NCBI GenBank assembly: GCA_963786935.1
Contig: CAWBAN010000001.1
Coordinates: 928,001-992,000, forward strand
Source of the DNA: an uncultured bacterium
GTDB lineage: Bacteria; Krumholzibacteriota; Krumholzibacteriia; Krumholzibacteriales; Krumholzibacteriaceae
Direction: 5' to 3'
DNA: 64,000 nucleotides
Of this stretch, positions 10,109-19,154 are shown one piece after another. The position numbers and the translations under genes are program-made. Position 1 is the first letter of the stretch. Each line of letters begins with the position of its first letter. Below the pieces are notes generated by a model that made no database searches, was not told the origin of the DNA, and worked only from the letters and a program-made list of their open reading frames with translations.

Positions 10109-10729
10109 ATGAACGATCGCACAACCGTCGCGAAGTCGGCCGACGCGCTCGCGCGCGGCATCAAGATCCGCATGCGATATCTCATGTTCGCGGGAATGCT
10201 CGCCGTGGCGCTCGTCTTCGGAACGTCCTTCTACTTCGCGCTCCTGTCGAACCAGTCCGCGCTGGCGCGCCAGTTTCCCGAGCTCGAGGAAGTCGCCGCG
10301 AAGCTCCGGAATATGCTCGTGCTCAACACGGCCGTTTTCGCGGCGATCATCATCGTCTCCTTCGTCCTGCTCGCCGGCATCGTGACGTCCCGCCTGTTCC
10401 ATCCGATCGCCGCGCTGCACCGCGACCTCGTCGCGATGGCCGAGGGGAAGCTCCCGCGCCGCGCCGATTCGAGCGCTCACGGAGCCTTCTCCGCGATCGA
10501 GACGGCTTGGAGCGCCGCTCTCGCGCGAATTCACGAAAAGGAATCCGGCGAGATCAAGGAGATCGCCGATTGCGCCGCTTCGCTCTCGCGCGGAGCCGCC
10601 CCGGCGGAAGCCGCGCTGAAGCTTCAGGAAATTCTGGGGCGCAAGCGGGCCTTCGTCGGCGCCTCGGCGCCCGAAGAGGCCGGCGACAAGGAAACGGCGA
10701 AGGATCCGCTGTTCATCCAACCCGTTTGA
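10109..10729 (+). CDS. Two-TM membrane protein with a HAMP-like segment
   Basis: AAGGAG RBS; two TM helices followed by RLFHPIAALHRDL..MAEGKL. Confidence 0.6.
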   Translation: MNDRTTVAKSADALARGIKIRMRYLMFAGMLAVALVFGTSFYFALLSNQSALARQFPELEEVAAKLRNMLVLNTAVFAAIIIVSFVLLAGIVTSRLFHPIAALHRDLVAMAEGKLPRRADSSAHGAFSAIETAWSAALARIHEKESGEIKEIADCAASLSRGAAPAEAALKLQEILGRKRAFVGASAPEEAGDKETAKDPLFIQPV

Positions 10730-10872
10730 CGGATCGCCCTTCCGATTTTTCTACTTCTCCCTCTCGACACGCTTCTGCGCATATGCTATAATCATCTTAG
10801 AAAACAAGTGATTCATTCATTTGTTTATAAATTCTATCAAGTGCGCTTTCTAAGCAATTGGGAGGAAAAGAG

Positions 10873-11268
10873 ATGCTAAGTGTCAAGCGCATGGGGTTCC
10901 TGCTTCTTGCATCGGCTCTGGTGCTGATTCTCAGCGTTCCGACGCTGGCAGCGCCTGCGACGGTCAAGAAGAGCGTGCAGGCGCTTGAAGGCGGCAATTT
11001 CCTTATTAAATTGGTAGTTACGTCATCGAAAGCCGGCATCTTCGGATTCGAGATCAAGGATCCGAAAGGCACGATCATCGATGTCTACGCTCCCGCGGGC
11101 TGGTGCATTCTCTCAGACGGAGAGCTCGGTTTCGCCAGGACGGGAGATAAGCCCATAAAGGCCGGCAAAAGCGCCGAGTTCCTGATCCACGCAACGTCGG
11201 CCGACGCAGCGTTCGTTTGGACGTTTTTCAGTGAAATGGAGCAGATAGGCAAGCCCGAAGTGCTCTGA
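10873..11268 (+). CDS. Secreted hypothetical protein
   Basis: GGAGG RBS and a signal peptide (…PTLA); beta-rich mature part. Confidence 0.65.
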   Translation: MLSVKRMGFLLLASALVLILSVPTLAAPATVKKSVQALEGGNFLIKLVVTSSKAGIFGFEIKDPKGTIIDVYAPAGWCILSDGELGFARTGDKPIKAGKSAEFLIHATSADAAFVWTFFSEMEQIGKPEVL

Positions 11269-11362
11269 GGCCGGCTGCTCGCCCCGTCGATTGATTCACC
11301 CGGGGTGATCCTCCGCACGTGAGGATGGATCGCCCTGGGTGGTCTTTTGCCCCCGCCGCCGC

Positions 11363-12796
11363 TCAGCGGGCGATGTACTGCCCGATATCGATATCCCGGA
11401 CCGCCTGATCGATAATGCGCTCGATCCGCCACTTCCGCTCGTTCGTCGAGGGATCGATCTCGTTGAGATCGATGACGGCCTTTCCGTCCGCGCCGTTTCC
11501 CGACGCGTCGCTCAGGATGCGCGCGCACGGCAGGGAGCCGCTGCCGCCGCTCATGCCGATGACGATCACCGTTTCCCCCGTGGCCAGCCGCAGCATGCTC
11601 CCGATCGGAATGTTGCCGAGCGCGCGCAGGAACGACGCGAAGTAATCCGGGCTGAATTCGCTGCCGCTCCCCCGTTCCATGAGTTTGATCGCCTGATACG
11701 GGCTGATCTGCCGGCGGTACGGCCGCCTCGTCGTCAGCGCGTCGTAGCTGTCCGCGATGCGCACGATCTCGCTCGCCTTGTGCGGTTCGAATCCCTCTTT
11801 CGGCGACGGATAGCCGGCGAGATCGTGGCGCATATGGTGCTCGTACGCCACGCGGCGCGACACGAGATCGAGTCGCTCCTCGCGCAGGATCCGCTCGCCG
11901 TCGACGGGATGACGTTTCATCGCCTGCCATTCGCTCGGCGTGAGCCGCCCCGCCTTGTGAATGACGGCGCGCGGCACATAGATCTTCCCGATGTCGTGGA
12001 GAAGCGCGGCGTGCGCCACGGCGTCGACGAATTCGTCTCCGAGCCCGAGATTCCTCGCGATCGCCGCCGAAATGACCGCCACGTTCACCGAATGGGTGAA
12101 CGTGTAATCGTCGTATTCGCGGAGGGAGTCGAGGAGCAGAACCGTCGCCGTGCCTCCACGCTCCCGCTCGATGACCTCGACGATCTTCGCGCGGGCCGTC
12201 GTCCCGTCCGCGGACTGAATCTTCTCGAGCGTGCCGAGGATCCCCTGGACGACCGTGCCGATCGACCCCTGTTTGCCGGCCCCGTTCGCGGGCTTCGGCG
12301 GCCGCCGTTCGCCGGGTTCCCGGGGCCCCGCCCCGGCGCTTCGCTCGGGCGCGGATGCGCACGCGTCCCGTCCATGGCGCACCCGAATCTTCTCCATCCG
12401 AGCGACGGGGCTTCCGTCACGCTTCATCCCGCCGGTCGCGAGGAGCCCGGCGAGAGCCGCGATATCGCTCTTCTCGACGCCGCTCATGAATTCCATCTCG
12501 CCGATCCGCTGTCTCACGAGCGCCTCGCGGAGCAGATGAACGGCTCTATCCTCGGTGTCGGACAGGTCGAGCTCGTAATTGAGCCAGCATATGCGGCCGT
12601 TCGCGTGGATCAGCCTGACCGATTTCTTTCGCTGCAACGCGCTGTCGATATGCATGAACGCCGATCCGAGAACGCGCTCGACCGACGGGTGCCGCGCCGG
12701 GAAGAGACGCGTCTGCAGCACGAGACCCGCGAGGCTCTCCACGACCTCCCTGAACTGCTGGAATTCGTGCGGAAGCGCGCTGTGAACGGCCTTCAT
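11363..12796 (-). CDS. HD-GYP domain protein (putative cyclic-dinucleotide phosphodiesterase)
   Basis: YTFTHSVNVA, LLHDIGK, HPVDG, EHH..DLAGYP and IADSYDALTTRRPYR motifs. Start chosen at MKAVHS. Confidence 0.85.
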   Translation of the reverse strand: MKAVHSALPHEFQQFREVVESLAGLVLQTRLFPARHPSVERVLGSAFMHIDSALQRKKSVRLIHANGRICWLNYELDLSDTEDRAVHLLREALVRQRIGEMEFMSGVEKSDIAALAGLLATGGMKRDGSPVARMEKIRVRHGRDACASAPERSAGAGPREPGERRPPKPANGAGKQGSIGTVVQGILGTLEKIQSADGTTARAKIVEVIERERGGTATVLLLDSLREYDDYTFTHSVNVAVISAAIARNLGLGDEFVDAVAHAALLHDIGKIYVPRAVIHKAGRLTPSEWQAMKRHPVDGERILREERLDLVSRRVAYEHHMRHDLAGYPSPKEGFEPHKASEIVRIADSYDALTTRRPYRRQISPYQAIKLMERGSGSEFSPDYFASFLRALGNIPIGSMLRLATGETVIVIGMSGGSGSLPCARILSDASGNGADGKAVIDLNEIDPSTNERKWRIERIIDQAVRDIDIGQYIAR

Positions 12797-12992
12797 CGAC
12801 GGCGGCCCCTTTCCCGGTCCCGATTTCGAGCGAAGACGGATCGATCCGCTTTCCACGGTGCAAATTTCGTACCGCCGGCACGCTCCGAGGCGCGCCCGCG
12901 GCCCACGAACGCACGATCCCATTGATTTTTCGAGCGATTTAGCGCACGATCGCGCGTGTACTGCGGCGTTCCGCCGCGAGAGGAGCCGTCCC

Positions 12993-15017
12993 ATGAGCCC
13001 CGGCCGCGCGCTGACGATCTCGCTCGTCTTTCTCCTGCTTACGTCAGGCGGATGCTCGTTCCGTCCCGGGGGGACGCGCGCCGTCGAGGAAGACGATTTC
13101 ATCGAGCCTGTCGAGATCGAGGGAAAGCGCGAGGTCTGGAAGGACATCGCCGAGATGAAGGAGCGCGTCGACGCCGACTACGGAAACGTCGAGCTCCATC
13201 GGCAGCTCTCCGTCCTCTACCGGCTCGCCGGCACGCCCCGCGCCCGCCTCCTTTCGTCCGAGGAGATCGACAAGGCGATAGCGCTCGATCCCGAGAATCC
13301 CCTCCTGCACGTCGAGCGCGGGCTCACGCTCGTCGCCCGGCGGTTCGTCGGAGAGGCCGAAGCCGCGCTCGTCCGGGCGACCCAGATCGATCCGAAGTGC
13401 TTCGAGGCGTGGTTTCAGCTCGGCCGTCTCGAGCAGTACGAATACTACAAGACCATGTGCTTCGTCGACCATCTCGTGAAGGCGATCGAGTATTTCGAGA
13501 AAGCCTTCCGGATCGACAAGAAGAACGAAGAGACGCTCGAGAACCTCGCCTATCTCTACTCGTGCCGCCAGATGTACCAGACCGGGCTCAAGTACGCCTC
13601 GCGGGCCGTTCAGTACTATCCCAAGAGCACGGAGGCGCAGCTCGCCTGCGCTATGCTCTACACGAGGCGCAAGGATTTCGAGAAGGCGCGGACCGCCTAC
13701 GCGAACGCCTTCCTGCTCATGACGGACGAGGAGCGCCATCCCTACGACGATATCTCGCCGCTCCTCGACGCCGAGGAGCGGGAGCTCTACCTCGGCTGTT
13801 CGGACGCGAAGCGGGAGGACTGGAACCGCCGGTTCTGGATGGAGAACGATCCGACGCCCGCGACCGAGATGAACGAGCGCCAGCTCGAGCATTTCGCGCG
13901 CGTGACGATCGCGGACAAGGCCCTGTCCGACGAGCGCCGGAACTCGCGCGGCGCCCTGACCGACCGCGGCGCCACCCTGATCCGTTTCGGCCTCCCCGAC
14001 CAGAAGCTCTACGATCTCGGCAGCAGCGGCACCTCCGGGGGCTGGGTCGTATGGCAGTACGCGGCCGGGAAAGGCTATTTCAACATGTATTTTCATGACG
14101 AGTTCCTCAACGGCGACTACCATTTCCCCATCAGCGATTATTACGGGGAAGCCTCGCTCAGGCTCCTGAACGCCGTTCCGCAGCGCTATACGTTCCCGAT
14201 CCCCTACGCCTCGTTTCCGATCAGCTTCGAGGTCGCGGAGTTCCGCGGCGCCGACGATCGCACGCGGCTCGAAATGTCGGTCGCCATCCCCGACTCGCTC
14301 CGGAGAACGCCGGGGGCCTCATGGGACATGTTCGTCACGTTCTTCGACGGGGACTGGAACCGCCTCTCCCGCGACCGGCTCCCGCTCGTGACCGACAGTC
14401 TCCCCGTCATCGAAAAAGGGGGCGGACGCTACCGCGTATCGAACTTCTCCATCGAAATGCTCCCCCGCCCCATGGAATGCGCGTGCGTGCTCGAGGTGGT
14501 GAGCGACAAGGACCGCCGCAAGGGCACGCGCAGAATCCCGATCGAGATCAGGGATCTGTACGGCCGCTCGCTCAAGATCAGCAGCATCAAGCTGGCGCTG
14601 CCGGGCGCGCCGGGTTCGTGCTCGACCATCCTCGATCCCATTCCGCTTTACCGGGAGAAAAGCGCGCTCTGCATCGCCTACGAGGTGTACAACCTGCAGC
14701 TCGACGCCGGGGGCAGGTCGCGCTATCGCGTGAGCTACGCCATTCGCAAGCCCCCCGCGGACGACGAGAGAACGAGCGAGAGCATCAAGAAGACCCTCGC
14801 GTACATGTGGTCGAGCATGCGGGGGGAAAAGGGGAAGGACAAGCCCTATATCGAGAGCAGCATCGAGCAGAGCGTCGGCGCGGGAACGGCCGCCGATAAC
14901 CTGCAGATCGATATCGGGGCCCTCGAGAAAGGCGTGTATATGCTCGTTCTCGGCGTGGAAGACCTCGCTTCGGGCCAGGTCGCGGCCGAGAGCAGAATCT
15001 TCACGATCAGCGAATGA
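12993..15017 (+). CDS. TPR plus GWxTD-domain lipoprotein
   Basis: GAGGAG RBS; lipobox-like SGGC; TPRs; FW...DPTP.T..NE...EH..RV..AD...GALTDRG...IRFG.PD. Confidence 0.82.
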   Translation: MSPGRALTISLVFLLLTSGGCSFRPGGTRAVEEDDFIEPVEIEGKREVWKDIAEMKERVDADYGNVELHRQLSVLYRLAGTPRARLLSSEEIDKAIALDPENPLLHVERGLTLVARRFVGEAEAALVRATQIDPKCFEAWFQLGRLEQYEYYKTMCFVDHLVKAIEYFEKAFRIDKKNEETLENLAYLYSCRQMYQTGLKYASRAVQYYPKSTEAQLACAMLYTRRKDFEKARTAYANAFLLMTDEERHPYDDISPLLDAEERELYLGCSDAKREDWNRRFWMENDPTPATEMNERQLEHFARVTIADKALSDERRNSRGALTDRGATLIRFGLPDQKLYDLGSSGTSGGWVVWQYAAGKGYFNMYFHDEFLNGDYHFPISDYYGEASLRLLNAVPQRYTFPIPYASFPISFEVAEFRGADDRTRLEMSVAIPDSLRRTPGASWDMFVTFFDGDWNRLSRDRLPLVTDSLPVIEKGGGRYRVSNFSIEMLPRPMECACVLEVVSDKDRRKGTRRIPIEIRDLYGRSLKISSIKLALPGAPGSCSTILDPIPLYREKSALCIAYEVYNLQLDAGGRSRYRVSYAIRKPPADDERTSESIKKTLAYMWSSMRGEKGKDKPYIESSIEQSVGAGTAADNLQIDIGALEKGVYMLVLGVEDLASGQVAAESRIFTISE

Positions 15018-15432
15018 ACGGTGCCGGCACCCGCGCCGCGCCGGGAAGATCCGGCGGCTCCTTCCCGTTCGTTCCCGAATCGTCGGACGGCTCGTCATCC
15101 GATCCCAGCAGCACGATCACGGCGTATGCCACGACCGCGGTGATGATCGCGAAAACGGCGAGCTGCTTCCCGATGCCGGGCCCCTTCTCCTCCTCGATCT
15201 CAACGTCGAAGGTCTCGACGGTGTCCGCGGCGAACGCCCCGAAGCCCGCCGCGCCCGCCGCCGGCGCAAACGCCGGATCGAGCGGCGGCGCCGTCCGATC
15301 GGCCTCGATCACCCTGACCGCGTCGATTCCCTTCGGCGTGAAGACGCTCTCCGCCGAAACCTGCTGCGCGGAAACGAGCGTCCCGATGACGAGAAGGACG
15401 AGAACGCTCCGCGCTATTGCTCCGATCTTCAT
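15007..15432 (-). CDS. Hypothetical protein with a signal peptide and one C-proximal TM helix
   Basis: ATGA-coupled to the nitroreductase gene; signal peptide plus a hydrophobic segment. Confidence 0.6.
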   Translation of the reverse strand: MKIGAIARSVLVLLVIGTLVSAQQVSAESVFTPKGIDAVRVIEADRTAPPLDPAFAPAAGAAGFGAFAADTVETFDVEIEEEKGPGIGKQLAVFAIITAVVAYAVIVLLGSDDEPSDDSGTNGKEPPDLPGAARVPAPFIR

Positions 15433-15983
15433 GCTTTCCTCTCTTTTTCCGGCTGCGCGCCGGTTCCTCCCCACCGCTCATGCATGATGATTTCCTCGAG
15501 CGGCTTCCGCGGCCTCCTCACGCGATCCCCCTTCGGATACCCCAGCGGGGTGAGCGCCACGATCTTCACATCGGACGGGACCCCGAGGACGGCCCGCACT
15601 TCCTCTTCCAGGAACGCGCCGATCCAGCATGTACCGAGCCCCTCCGCGGCCGCGGCGAGCATGAGGTGATCGAACGTGATGCCGATGTCGACGGGAAGGC
15701 TGTTCCAGTAGCCGCCCATTTTCTGATAGGCGAGCTCCTCCCTGCCGCACGCGGCGATCATGACGGGCGCCTCCGCGATGAAGCTCTGCCCCTTGCACGC
15801 GGGCACGAGACGTTCCCTGACCTCCCGATCCCGGATGACGATGAAGGTCCACGGCTGGCCGTTCTTGCCCGAGGGCGCGATGCGCGCGGCGTCGAGAATC
15901 CGCTCCAACGTTTCGTCGCTCACCGGATCGCTCCGGTAGCCGCGAACGCTCGTTCTCGTTCTCATCGCCTCGTACACATCCAT
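15429..15983 (-). CDS. Nitroreductase family protein
   Basis: RTSVRGY, APSGKNGQPW, EGLGTCWIGAF and PLGYP motifs. Confidence 0.92.
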   Translation of the reverse strand: MDVYEAMRTRTSVRGYRSDPVSDETLERILDAARIAPSGKNGQPWTFIVIRDREVRERLVPACKGQSFIAEAPVMIAACGREELAYQKMGGYWNSLPVDIGITFDHLMLAAAAEGLGTCWIGAFLEEEVRAVLGVPSDVKIVALTPLGYPKGDRVRRPRKPLEEIIMHERWGGTGAQPEKERKA

Positions 15984-16151
15984 GGCGCGACGCTCCTTTC
16001 GCCTGCTCCGATCGTGATTTCCGCCGGCCAAAGCGGCCCCCGACTCTCACCATCAATATAATACCGAAATCCATCCATTTCTAGTCAATCGAGAGCCGGC
16101 CGGATGACGCGCTTTCTTGCAAATGCGGCGTCGCGAAACTATACTGAGCTC

Positions 16152-16799
16152 ATGAGGAAGGATCGCGAAACGCACCTCTCACACCGGAGCACCCGGAAAC
16201 AATGGGCGATCATCATCGCGGCCGCCGTTGTCCTGCACGCGGTGTTCCTGCTGCTGTTCCAGCCCCGCTATCTCGAGGTGTTCAGGACCGAAATGCCCGC
16301 CGGCGAGGAAAGCACGGATCGTTCGCCGTTTCTCGACAATCCGTTTCACGTGCTCTCCCTCTCGGTGGAGCCGCAGCCGGCGCGCGCCACCGCGGCCGCT
16401 CCGCGGCACGCCGCCGAGGAAGCGGAATCCGCGCTCGAGGAGATCCCTCTCGGCGCGCCGGGCGATCTGCAGTCGGAGATGCTTCCGATCCAGGGAGGCG
16501 GAAGCCGCGGGACGAGGGGGACTCGAAACGCCGTGGTCGAGCCGAAGCCGCTCTACATCCCGTGGCCGAAGTACCCGGCGGGCATCAAACAGCTGCCGCA
16601 GGGACGTGTCGAGCTCATGCTCCTCATAAATGAAAAGGGGGACGTCGATGACGTGAAAGTCACTCGAGCGCTCCCCCTTGAGGAACTCAACCGGATCGCC
16701 GTCGAAGCCGCCCGCAGGATCCGCTTCACTCCCGGTACGGAGGGCGGCGTGCGGAAGCCCATGTGGATCCGGCTCGCTATCGGATTTCAACCCCGCTAG
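16152..16799 (+). CDS. TonB family protein (TM anchor plus TonB C-terminal domain)
   Basis: N-terminal TM with LH; P.YP...GRV....INEKG.V..V.V...A.EAA....F.PG. Confidence 0.85.
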   Translation: MRKDRETHLSHRSTRKQWAIIIAAAVVLHAVFLLLFQPRYLEVFRTEMPAGEESTDRSPFLDNPFHVLSLSVEPQPARATAAAPRHAAEEAESALEEIPLGAPGDLQSEMLPIQGGGSRGTRGTRNAVVEPKPLYIPWPKYPAGIKQLPQGRVELMLLINEKGDVDDVKVTRALPLEELNRIAVEAARRIRFTPGTEGGVRKPMWIRLAIGFQPR

Positions 16800-16811
16800 A
16801 GAGGCCTCCCG

Positions 16812-17483
16812 TTAAAACAGCGCCTTGATCGCCGTCCACGAGCTGTTCCGAACGCCGACCTGGCAGTTCTGCAGGTTGAGCCAGCAGCTCCCCTCGACGT
16901 AGTCGTCCGCCCAGTTCGCGGGATCCGGGTTCTGGATCGAGCCGTTGAAGGTGCCGTCTCCGCAGTAACCGGCGAAGAGACCCGTGCCGTATTTCATGAT
17001 GATCAGGTTCCCCGAGTACACGTCGAACATCCGCTCGTCGATATCGAGGATGCCGTCCTGATCCCAATCGGTGTACGTCACCACGACGACGAGGGTCCCG
17101 CCCATCATGCCGTTCGTCGCGTGCTCGAGCTGCCATACCGGCTTCGTCGCGCACGAGACCTCGTCGAACACGATCGTCCAGCTGAACGAGTTGGCGTCGT
17201 ACGAAGCGAAGTTGTTGAAGAGATAATCCCAGCGGGCCTGCGGATCGGACGCGGGCGGCCACGTCGAATCGTCGATCCTGATCCACCAGTCCGCGCCGAG
17301 AACGAGGGGATCCCCCGCGTTCACGAGTCCCGAATAGACGGGAAGGGTCGTGGTCATCCCGTTGCCCGCTCCGTCGAATTCGAACTGGACGGAGAGCGCT
17401 TCGGGCAGCTGGGCCGAGGCGCTCAACGGCGAGATCATGTAGCCCGCGGCGAGAAAGAGGGCGATGAATATGTTGCCTTTCAT
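16812..17483 (-). CDS. Secreted hypothetical protein with WxxIK tail; paralog of 17518-18222
   Basis: Signal peptide; DWDQDG Ca-binding-like loop; ends CQVGVRNSSWTAIKALF. Confidence 0.8.
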   Translation of the reverse strand: MKGNIFIALFLAAGYMISPLSASAQLPEALSVQFEFDGAGNGMTTTLPVYSGLVNAGDPLVLGADWWIRIDDSTWPPASDPQARWDYLFNNFASYDANSFSWTIVFDEVSCATKPVWQLEHATNGMMGGTLVVVVTYTDWDQDGILDIDERMFDVYSGNLIIMKYGTGLFAGYCGDGTFNGSIQNPDPANWADDYVEGSCWLNLQNCQVGVRNSSWTAIKALF

Positions 17484-17517
17484 TATCTCACGCATCCTTT
17501 CGGCTTTACCGGATCCC

Positions 17518-18222
17518 CTATCGGTAGATGGACTTGATGGTGCCCCAGCTGCTCGACTCGACTCCGACCGTGCAGCCGCCATCCTTCAAGTAAAGCCTGC
17601 CGGCGGGCAATGCCGGCGACGGAACGTACAGCTCCTCTTCCATCGTTTGCGCGTTGACGACGTTCAGGGTGCCCGAAAAGCTCCCCGTGCCGCAGAAATT
17701 CCGGAAACAGCCGCCGCCGTAGTTGATATAGGCGACCAGGTTCCCCGAAATAACCTTCGCGGCGTATTCGCTCGCTTCCATGATGCCGTTCGCGTTCAGA
17801 TCCCTGATCGTGATCGTGATCTGCGTGCAGCTCCCGCCGACCGTATCGCCGGCGGCGGTGTAGAAGCGCCACCGCGGCATCGGCTCGGCGGAACCGCTCG
17901 GCGGGAAATACCCGTCCCAGCTCTCCGAACCGGCCGACGCGTCGTAATGGAAGTAGTGGGAAATAACGTAATCCAAACGCTCGTTCTGCGGGGTGCCCGT
18001 ATTGTCCGTCGGCCATCCCGTGTCGTCGAACGCGACCCAGAACGTCCCCGGAGACAGCGTCCCGCCGATGATCTGCCCGTAGAAAATCGGCTGATGCGCC
18101 ATAAACGATCCGGTGCCGCTCAACGAGTACCGCTCCGTCCGAAACGTTATCGCGAGCACGCTCGCAGCGGCGAACACCAGGATGCAGATCAGGGATGCGG
18201 CTAGCAGTCGCTTTTTGTTCAA
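17518..18222 (-). CDS. Secreted hypothetical protein with WGxIK tail
   Basis: TTG start after GGAGGGGG; signal peptide; DLNANG loop; ends CTVGVESSSWGTIKSIYR. Confidence 0.8.
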   Translation of the reverse strand: MNKKRLLAASLICILVFAAASVLAITFRTERYSLSGTGSFMAHQPIFYGQIIGGTLSPGTFWVAFDDTGWPTDNTGTPQNERLDYVISHYFHYDASAGSESWDGYFPPSGSAEPMPRWRFYTAAGDTVGGSCTQITITIRDLNANGIMEASEYAAKVISGNLVAYINYGGGCFRNFCGTGSFSGTLNVVNAQTMEEELYVPSPALPAGRLYLKDGGCTVGVESSSWGTIKSIYR

Positions 18223-18366
18223 GACCCCCTCCTTCTTTTCCTCAGCGGATTCCCCAGCGGTTGATTAGGATTTGCGCGGGATTATACCATAACCGGCTTT
18301 GTTTGAAAATAGATATTTTGGCGCGATCGCTCCGGATCGCCGCCGCTCATCGATCGCCGCGCGGCG

Positions 18367-19137
18367 TCACCAAATCTCCCGCCTCGCGTAGGCGTCGAAG
18401 ATCCGCAGCGAATAGTCGGAGAATTCGCCGATGATCTCGGGCATGCCGTCGTTGTTCATGTCGAACAGCGTGATCCGGTCTCCGAACGGCTTGTCCCACG
18501 CCACGTCGACGTTATAGAACCGCGAATCGAGGATGAGCCCGCTGTTGAGGACGACTTCGACCTGCGGGTCCTTGTCGATGTTCTCGACGATGATCTCCGT
18601 CGCGTCGAAGGTCCGCTGGCTCACGACCTGCTTGCTCTTGCTCATGCCGTCGACGATTATCATGCGGCCGTCGGCGATGAAGACGAACTCGAGCTGCGGA
18701 TCGTCGTCGACGTTGGCGACTTCGATCGCCTGGATCGTCGTGAAATTGTCCTCGAGATTCTCCCAGACGTTCTGATAGCTCCCCATGGCGTACATGAGGA
18801 TGCGGCCGTCGACGGTCGCGATGATGATCTCGCGCGTTCCGTCCCCTTCAATGTCGCGGACGAAAAATTTGCGTATTTTCGATCCGAGATTCGTGAGCTC
18901 CCACTCGAGCTTCCAGCCTTTCGGCGTCGACCTGAGAATATGCAGCTTGCCGTTCACATCGGCGTAGATGATCCCGCATCCCCCCTGATCATCGAGCGAT
19001 ATGACCTGCGCGAACGGGAATCTGCAGAACTTCTCCGTCAGCAGGGAGCACGGAATCTCCTGCCCGCTCGCCGGAAGCGCCGCCGCCGGAACGAACGCGA
19101 GCACCGCGATAACCAGCGCGATCATTCGTGTTCTCAT
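18367..19137 (-). CDS. Secreted FG-GAP/VCBS-like repeat protein
   Basis: Signal peptide; repeated D/N-x-D-x-D-G/P-x-x-E motifs (DIEGDGTREII, NVDDDPQLEFV, NIDKDPQVEVV, DMNNDGMPEII). Confidence 0.75.
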   Translation of the reverse strand: MRTRMIALVIAVLAFVPAAALPASGQEIPCSLLTEKFCRFPFAQVISLDDQGGCGIIYADVNGKLHILRSTPKGWKLEWELTNLGSKIRKFFVRDIEGDGTREIIIATVDGRILMYAMGSYQNVWENLEDNFTTIQAIEVANVDDDPQLEFVFIADGRMIIVDGMSKSKQVVSQRTFDATEIIVENIDKDPQVEVVLNSGLILDSRFYNVDVAWDKPFGDRITLFDMNNDGMPEIIGEFSDYSLRIFDAYARREIW

Positions 19138-19154
19138 TCTCTGTGCAACTCCTT

